Source: a virus (Duplodnaviria > Caudoviricetes). From it: DNA of 55,101 nt. This document shows positions 49,707 to 55,101 of the stretch, in pieces (within the stretch, counting starts at the first letter, position 1; every line of letters begins with the position of its first letter). Location: positions 1 through 55,101 of the IMG/VR virus record IMGVR_UViG_3300036770_003769, one strand, 5' to 3'. The position numbers and the translations under genes are program-made. The notes below the pieces were generated by a model. That model was given only the letters and a program-made list of their open reading frames with translations, had not been told where the DNA came from and did not search any database.

Positions 49707-50051
49707 TTATTCTTGCTCTGCTTTTGGTTTACGACGAAAGAACTCAGAAACCTTCCAGTTCCAATTATACACAGCATGCGTGAATCCGATATAGATTCGC
49801 AAGTACGGTAACGACACACCAACTCGAAGATTCCAGAAGTCCACTTCAGCATCGACGCCAAACCTAATATCATCCAATGTCCGAACGTGAAAGATCAACC
49901 AATGCACACCAAAAGAAGTGGTGTTATATCTGTCTGCCTTTCGATGAAAGAATCGAGGAACGATAGGGCAGAGATCATTACACCACCACTTGTGTAGCGG
50001 ATAATGTTCCCACCATTCCAGTTCGCGATGTGCTTGTATATCTTCTACCAT
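49707..50051 (-). CDS. Hypothetical protein
   Basis: ORF in the early gene chain. Confidence 0.55.
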   Translation of the reverse strand: MVEDIQAHRELEWWEHYPLHKWWCNDLCPIVPRFFHRKADRYNTTSFGVHWLIFHVRTLDDIRFGVDAEVDFWNLRVGVSLPYLRIYIGFTHAVYNWNWKVSEFFRRKPKAEQE

Positions 50052-50275
50052 TTGTTTCCCACCTCTACCTTTTCACCAAGTTGTTGAATCAAGTTATCAA
50101 AAGTTCCTTCAACTTCGATGCCATTGACCATGAGATAATTTTGCTCGCTACCAACCTGTGTGTAGATCTCTTTGATCTCGCTTTCACGAAATGCATATTT
50201 GCGTGGGCGTTCAGAAGTGCGAAACGAATTCTGTGCGCTTCGTTTACTTTCAGTGAATACAAATATTCTTTCCAT
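50045..50275 (-). CDS. Hypothetical protein
   Basis: TAATG-coupled ORF. Confidence 0.6.
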   Translation of the reverse strand: MERIFVFTESKRSAQNSFRTSERPRKYAFRESEIKEIYTQVGSEQNYLMVNGIEVEGTFDNLIQQLGEKVEVGNKW

Positions 50276-50484
50276 TATTTTATTCCTAAACGATTAACTT
50301 TGAACCATTCTAATTGACTAACTGCTTCATCATGTCCATGCCATTCTAAATTATCCATACACTCACGAACAATCAACTCGGCAAACTCTCGCATCTGCTC
50401 AAAAGTGTAACCGTGTATATCACCTTTCTCAGGATCATATCCTAACCACTCTTGATCAGGTAGTTTGATTCGTTCGTTCATCAC
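50275..50484 (-). CDS. Hypothetical protein (MNER.. / EFAELIVREC type)
   Basis: Coupled ORF with an EFAELIVREC motif. Confidence 0.6.
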   Translation of the reverse strand: MMNERIKLPDQEWLGYDPEKGDIHGYTFEQMREFAELIVRECMDNLEWHGHDEAVSQLEWFKVNRLGIK

Positions 50485-50645
50485 TCAACTCCAAAAAATC
50501 TCCGCACTCGCGCAACGAAAGAATTTGCTTTTCGTTCTTGTTTCAATTGTTCCTGGTAAACAATGACCTCAATGGCTTCACTGAAGCCAATTAGTTCACC
50601 TTTACGAACTTTTTCACTCAACATTTCCAATCGTTCGTTCATCAT
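50481..50645 (-). CDS. Small hypothetical protein (54 aa, not in the track)
   Basis: MMNERLEMLSEKVRKGELIGFSEAIEVIVYQEQ...FFGVE*; fills the gap exactly with overlaps at both ends. Confidence 0.6.
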   Translation of the reverse strand: MMNERLEMLSEKVRKGELIGFSEAIEVIVYQEQLKQERKANSFVARVRRFFGVE

Positions 50646-51004
50646 ACAACCCGATAAGTCTGTTCGGTCTCACGAACCCAAAAGACAATGTTGTCTGCTT
50701 CATCATCCCACTTCGTGTTCGGTGCATGTTCTGCAAGAATTTGTTCAGTTGTTTGCAGTCCACCCAAATACGATTCGCCGAAAGAGGCAAGACGTGTTTG
50801 GTAGTCGCTTTCCTCTGCAGCATCCCAACCAAACTCTGCTTCAAATGCATCGCAGTGATCGCAGGATCCAAATGAACCTTGCACCCAACCACGCTCACCA
50901 CGATACTCTACAAGAGCAACCCATGAGCCTTGCCAGTCACCAAAGTGTTCGAATGCAATTACATTTGCGCCAGCAGCAATCAATGCAGATTGATATGACA
51001 TCAC
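50642..51004 (-). CDS. Hypothetical protein
   Basis: GDWQGSW...GSFGSCDHCDAFEAEF; AGGAG RBS. Confidence 0.65.
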   Translation of the reverse strand: MMSYQSALIAAGANVIAFEHFGDWQGSWVALVEYRGERGWVQGSFGSCDHCDAFEAEFGWDAAEESDYQTRLASFGESYLGGLQTTEQILAEHAPNTKWDDEADNIVFWVRETEQTYRVV

Positions 51005-51156
51005 TAAACTCCTTGAACTTCTTCGCCTTCATCAGAAGAAACCCAATAGTGGGAAGATCGAGCAGCAAACTCTTGTGCAGCCTCTAATGAAGCGAACACA
51101 CCTGCCACTGAAGGACCAAGCCCACGATCTTCCTCTAATACAACATAAACTCGCAT
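51004..51156 (-). CDS. Small hypothetical protein (50 aa, not in the track)
   Basis: MRVYVVLEEDRGLGPSVAGVFASLEAAQEF...*; GAGGA RBS; fills the gap. Confidence 0.6.
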   Translation of the reverse strand: MRVYVVLEEDRGLGPSVAGVFASLEAAQEFAARSSHYWVSSDEGEEVQGV

Positions 51157-51162
51157 AAATCC

Positions 51163-51573
51163 TCACGCAACCTTTTTTGCTACAGCACCGATATGTTTGC
51201 AGTCCTTGCGGAACTCAAAGCCAGTACAGGTGCAACTAAACTTCCCATTTACACGCTGAACAAGATAGACCTTCTTGCCATCTGTGCTCTTGACTTTCCA
51301 TGCCTTGCTGTCAGTCGCCACCTGCTGCGCACCACCAACAATGTATTCAATCTTCACCACGTGCTGTGACTTCGCATTGAACTCACTCACAGGATGATCA
51401 GGCGCACCAGTCTCAACAGCGAACATGAACGGATCGCGGAAGATTGACGGAACAACCACACCCTCGCGAGTGTATGTCACATAGCCATTGTCACTATTGC
51501 GATACACAACCGTGTTCGGATACATCGTAGTGACGCGAACACGCGAACCAATTTTAGGGACTGATACAGCCAT
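51163..51573 (-). CDS. SWIM zinc-finger protein
   Basis: C-terminal FSCTCTGFEFRKDCKHI. Confidence 0.75.
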   Translation of the reverse strand: MAVSVPKIGSRVRVTTMYPNTVVYRNSDNGYVTYTREGVVVPSIFRDPFMFAVETGAPDHPVSEFNAKSQHVVKIEYIVGGAQQVATDSKAWKVKSTDGKKVYLVQRVNGKFSCTCTGFEFRKDCKHIGAVAKKVA

Positions 51574-51803
51574 TATCGCCACTTCTCCTTAAGAAGATCA
51601 TCAACATGATTACCCCATTCTCCCAGATTCACTATGTACTGATCGATGTTGAATAGATCAGCATTATGTGAAACATCATGTAAGATAGATGACAAATCTC
51701 GCAACGTTTTCTCTAATTGATGTACTCGCTTTTCGAGCACCCAAACTTCTGCATCAGATTTATCAATCACTTCGTTCACTGTATCTTGTAACATATCACG
51801 CAC
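51573..51803 (-). CDS. Hypothetical coiled-coil protein
   Basis: ORF in the gene chain. Confidence 0.55.
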   Translation of the reverse strand: MRDMLQDTVNEVIDKSDAEVWVLEKRVHQLEKTLRDLSSILHDVSHNADLFNIDQYIVNLGEWGNHVDDLLKEKWR

Positions 51804-52218
51804 CCGTCCATCGATGATTAGAATAAGAACTCGGATTCAACACATTACCACGAGCAAAATTCTTTGCAGGTTGAGCCCATGATGCAGCCTTCAGAATGTC
51901 GCCAACCTTCCACTGGTCATGCGCCTTCACGCAGATAAAACCGTGAACAGACCGAGAACCATAATGCTTGGAAACAACCTTCAGAAACTTGCGACCACGA
52001 TTGTAGTCAATTTCAAACTTGCTTTCTGCTCTGAGGTCGACACCACTCTTGTCCCAACGATAATAATCTCTGACCAAATGATCAGCGTACATCGTAAGGG
52101 CGATATCAAGATCATATTCAGGCATGACCTTCGGTGTGTTCCGAGCAGTGATCTCATCCAACTTGGATTGAAGACCGCGAATTTCGTTTTTAATTTCTTG
52201 AATCATTTGAGCGTCCAT
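51796..52218 (-). CDS. Conserved phage hypothetical protein
   Basis: GRKFLKVV...SVHGFI...GDILKAASWAQPAKNFARGNV motif. Confidence 0.7.
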   Translation of the reverse strand: MDAQMIQEIKNEIRGLQSKLDEITARNTPKVMPEYDLDIALTMYADHLVRDYYRWDKSGVDLRAESKFEIDYNRGRKFLKVVSKHYGSRSVHGFICVKAHDQWKVGDILKAASWAQPAKNFARGNVLNPSSYSNHRWTGA

Positions 52219-52595
52219 TAGAAACCCACCTTCACTGAACCAGAGAGATAACCATACCGCACACCGAGATGATACTCGAGATACTCGGTGTCACCGTTGG
52301 TGTCATAAGTATCGTGGAGATGGCGAATCGCATCTTCGCGACTGCAACTATTCAGATACGACAGAATGTTGGGAATCACAATCCTCTCAAGATGCCTCTC
52401 AACAGCAAGTTGCTCTTGACGCTCACGTTCAGCCTCCGACTCGGCTTCGGCGATGAGAAAGTCCCAAACCATCTGCTTTTCGTCAGCAGTACCCTTTTCC
52501 CACTTCGCCCAGAAGTCTGCGCGAGGACGTGACCCATAAGCCTCTTTGTAGAGGTCCGAGACGATTCGTTCGTCGAACGTATATTGCTTTTCCAT
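52218..52595 (-). CDS. Hypothetical early protein, probably leaderless
   Basis: SDLYKEAYGSRPR motif; ATG 6 nt after a -10 box. Confidence 0.7.
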   Translation of the reverse strand: MEKQYTFDERIVSDLYKEAYGSRPRADFWAKWEKGTADEKQMVWDFLIAEAESEAERERQEQLAVERHLERIVIPNILSYLNSCSREDAIRHLHDTYDTNGDTEYLEYHLGVRYGYLSGSVKVGF

Positions 52596-52601
52596 ATTCA
52601 T

Positions 52602-52702
52602 ATTATCTCATAAAAAGCCCGAAAAAGCAAGGGGTAAAAACCCCTTAAGAATCAATAACTTACGCCAACCCCCCAAAACCCCTGTAAAATCAACAACTTA
52701 CG
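52602..52702 (-). promoter_or_regulatory. Early promoter with two IHF-consensus sites
   Basis: AATCAATAACTTACG at 52650-52664 and AATCAACAACTTACG at 52688-52702; TTGCTT-17-GATAAT. Confidence 0.75.
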
Positions 52703-52712
52703 CTAGAATTTA

Positions 52713-53741
52713 TCAATTTTCTATGTATTTTATGAATTGATTTGCTGATTTTTGCCAGTTTATTCCACCAACACTCATGTATGTTGACAAACGATCTACA
52801 TTCAACGCAAAACAAACCGCAGTTGATAAATCTTCATCAACGTATCCATTGACTCCATTTTTAATTTGATCAATTGGTCCTGTTACTGGGTATGCGGCAA
52901 CTGGCGTTCCGCAAGCCATGGCTTCGAGAATGACAATTCCATAGGTATCAACCTTGCTTGGGAAAACGAACACATCTGCTGATTGATAGCATTGCGCTAG
53001 TTGTGTGCCAAATTTATATCCAATAAAGCGAATATTAGGATATTTCTTTTGTAGTTTGTTTTTATATGGACCATCACCAACAACGACTTTGATAACTTCT
53101 GCTGTTGGTGGAACGCATCCAGAAACATCTAACTCGCAAAATTCATCTAGATTCTTTTCTTTACTTACACGCCCAACATATAATAGAACAACTTTGTTGT
53201 CTCTATATTTGTCATTGAACCGAAAATGCGCATCATATCCTTTACCAAGAACAACCGAGTTCCAGTGAGAATTTTCTTTTGCGTTTGATTCAGAAGAACA
53301 CATAACGTATTTTGCATTCTTATGAAACCAATCGAAATACCATTTAGTCCATGAAACTGGAATATTGAACATCTCATTTAGAAATTCTGGGAACTTGGTA
53401 TGGTATGATGTTGTGTATCGAATTCCAAGTTTTTCGAGAACTCGTTTGGCTTGAAAACCAAGAATGCCTTCCGTGGCAATATGATATCGAGTATCATGTC
53501 CTAGTTTATGCCAATGCACGTCTCGCTCTTCAATTATCTGAAACATGGTCTTGTAACTACAAAACGGAAGTGTGACTTCTTTGTAGAATGGGAATTTCAT
53601 ATTGCTAAACAATCCTGGATGAATGACATCCACTGTCACACCAGGAGGCAGGTTTGCAATGATGTTTTTGTACGTTGTCACCACACCATTTACTTGCGGT
53701 TCCCACGCATCTGTGATGAGAACTATTTTTGTCCGTGCCAT
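52713..53741 (-). CDS. GT4-family glycosyltransferase, Agt-like (glycolipid synthase candidate)
   Basis: ITDAWEPQVNGVVTT, HIATEG.LG, TTSYHTKFPE, YVGRVSKEKN, DVFVFPSKVDTYGIVILEAMACGTPVAAYPV. Confidence 0.85.
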   Translation of the reverse strand: MARTKIVLITDAWEPQVNGVVTTYKNIIANLPPGVTVDVIHPGLFSNMKFPFYKEVTLPFCSYKTMFQIIEERDVHWHKLGHDTRYHIATEGILGFQAKRVLEKLGIRYTTSYHTKFPEFLNEMFNIPVSWTKWYFDWFHKNAKYVMCSSESNAKENSHWNSVVLGKGYDAHFRFNDKYRDNKVVLLYVGRVSKEKNLDEFCELDVSGCVPPTAEVIKVVVGDGPYKNKLQKKYPNIRFIGYKFGTQLAQCYQSADVFVFPSKVDTYGIVILEAMACGTPVAAYPVTGPIDQIKNGVNGYVDEDLSTAVCFALNVDRLSTYMSVGGINWQKSANQFIKYIEN

Positions 53742-54466
53742 TCTACTATCTCCCATCTTCCGTCATAGTGTTCAACTAATGCTGTGCAAGATTCTACCCA
53801 GTCACCATCGTTCATATATTCAATGCCGTTGATTGTTTTGATTTCTGCTCTATGCACATGACCACAAATCACACCATCGGCTTTTTGTTTTCTACAGTAG
53901 TCTGCAATCAAATCTTCGAAATTGTTTACATATGAAACTGCTTCTTTCGTTTTGTTTTTGAGATACTGACTCAAACTCCAGTGCGGCATATCAAACCAAT
54001 TACGAACTTTACTTACAAGAACGTTTAGACGCAACAACACATTATACAGCATATCGCCAAGATGATACAGCCATTGAAGTTTGGTTCTCAATACACCATC
54101 GAACAGATCACCGTGAATCACCATATATGTTTTACCATTCACACCTTCATGTCGACATTGATTGACTAGATCAATATTACCGAAATGAATATCGAACGGC
54201 AATAGATCACGAAACGCATCGTCGTGATTGCCAACAACATAAGTGACCTTCGTATTATTTTTTGCTGCCTTGAGAATTTTACGAATCACATCAGTGTGTG
54301 ATTGCAGCCAATAGAATTTTCTTTTCAATCGCCAGCCATCGATAATGTCGCCGACGAGATATAAATTTTCGCTTGAGTTATTTTTCAGAAAATCGCATAG
54401 CAAATCTGCTTTACATCCCCTTGATCCAAGATGGACATCGGAGATAAAGATTGACTTGTATTGCAT
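53723..54466 (-). CDS. PlcP-like metallophosphoesterase (LpxH-like family)
   Basis: FISDVHLG, YLVGDIIDGW, GNHD, IHGDLFD, CGHVH, NDGDWVESCTALVE. Confidence 0.85.
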   Translation of the reverse strand: MQYKSIFISDVHLGSRGCKADLLCDFLKNNSSENLYLVGDIIDGWRLKRKFYWLQSHTDVIRKILKAAKNNTKVTYVVGNHDDAFRDLLPFDIHFGNIDLVNQCRHEGVNGKTYMVIHGDLFDGVLRTKLQWLYHLGDMLYNVLLRLNVLVSKVRNWFDMPHWSLSQYLKNKTKEAVSYVNNFEDLIADYCRKQKADGVICGHVHRAEIKTINGIEYMNDGDWVESCTALVEHYDGRWEIVEWHGQK

Positions 54467-54615
54467 TGAAGACTCCTAGAACTGGAGTCAGTATATAGAT
54501 CAGGATTATTAAGATTTAGTTAAAATTTGATACAAAATACAACATAATCAAAATTAAAGTTATTCCTATTGCTGATGAAATAAGACTATACAAAATCAGC
54601 GATAAAGGATGCTCC

Positions 54616-54641
54616 AAAAAAGAAGGGGACCGAAGTCCCCC
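54616..54641 (-). terminator. Intrinsic terminator with C(UUCG)G tetraloop
   Basis: GGGGAC-TTCG-GTCCCC-TTCTTTTTT; almost identical to the one at 46975-47001. Confidence 0.88.
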
Positions 54642-54667
54642 TCTCTTGTTTTTGTTACTGGGTAACA

Positions 54668-55099
54668 TTAGAACTTGAACTTAACGCCAAGTTGCATTGC
54701 CCAGCGTGATTCACCACGGTTGTCGCGGAGAGTTAGGTCACGAACATCCGTTGTACGGAAATCGTAAACATACTTTCCTGATGCGTCAACACCAGCAAAT
54801 CGAGCAACACCAAAGGCACCTGGGAATCCGACTTCTTCAATCTTACCCCAGTCCTTATTGATCATGTTACCGATGTTCATCACATCGAGCCACACTTCAC
54901 CCTTCATACCAGCATACACTGGCAATTCTTGGCTCAAGCGAAGATCAACAGTATGAACCCAAGGAGCGTTGTCGCCGTTTACTTCAGCAATGCCACCTTG
55001 ATGCTTTGCAAGATTTTTATTGCTTGCAAGATAATCAAAGAATGCTTGCTCCATAGCAGCGCCACCCTTGAATACAACTTCACCCTTGTTTGGCACATA
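54668..55099 (-). CDS. TonB-dependent receptor (Oar-like), C-terminal part, 5'-partial
   Basis: Frame open to the window edge; PWVHTVDLRLSQELP..LDVMNIGNMINKDWG and a terminal amphipathic strand WAMQLGVKFKF ending in Phe (BAM signal). Confidence 0.8.
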   Translation of the reverse strand, partial: YVPNKGEVVFKGGAAMEQAFFDYLASNKNLAKHQGGIAEVNGDNAPWVHTVDLRLSQELPVYAGMKGEVWLDVMNIGNMINKDWGKIEEVGFPGAFGVARFAGVDASGKYVYDFRTTDVRDLTLRDNRGESRWAMQLGVKFKF

Positions 55100-55101
55100 G
55101 A

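Noticed and set aside
47966-52702. Recurrent 15-mer as a CRISPR repeat, with the Cas4-like nuclease as a cas gene
   Set aside because: The repeats are too short, dispersed and promoter-linked; the nuclease is the usual T4-like phage exonuclease and no other cas genes are present.
54516-54617. 33-aa hydrophobic TTG ORF (MEHPLSLILYSL...) and a CTGATGA hammerhead-like core
   Set aside because: The ORF starts in the terminator U-tract without an RBS and may reflect T-richness; the hammerhead lacks a properly placed GAAA and stems.
1-55101. Alternative genetic code, introns or inteins
   Set aside because: Core genes are full-length under the standard code with dense packing; no intein or homing-endonuclease motifs were recognised.

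Overview
A ~55 kb segment of a large T4-like myovirus genome of the cyanophage/pelagiphage-like environmental type, almost all encoded on the minus strand. Positions 1-34.5 kb hold the virion module: collagen-like fibres, a VrlC/DUF4815-like protein split into three genes, baseplate gp8, gp7, gp6, gp25, gp5, hub, gp53 and gp48, then plus-strand gp4, gp2, gp54, gp26/gp51-like and a tape-measure candidate. Positions 34.6-36.4 kb hold gp32, gp59 and gp33. Positions 36.4-46.5 kb hold auxiliary genes: guaC, two SleB-like hydrolases, GT2 and an epimerase, a circularly permuted two-piece tmRNA, ahpC-EF-hand-ahpD behind an OxyR-like box, an exonuclease, phoH, a HAD phosphatase and a DenV-like glycosylase. 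Positions 46.5-52.7 kb are a hyperplastic early region with sigma70 promoters, three of them carrying IHF-consensus sites. Positions 52.7-55.1 kb hold a TonB-dependent receptor (partial), a PlcP-like phospholipase and an Agt-like glycosyltransferase, together a candidate phosphate-stress lipid-remodelling module. The main highlights are that module, the permuted tmRNA, a probable -1 frameshift joining gp26 to an ATG-less gp51-like frame upstream of the tape-measure candidate, and host-regulator sites on the auxiliary genes. All product calls come from motif recognition and synteny; no database searches were run.
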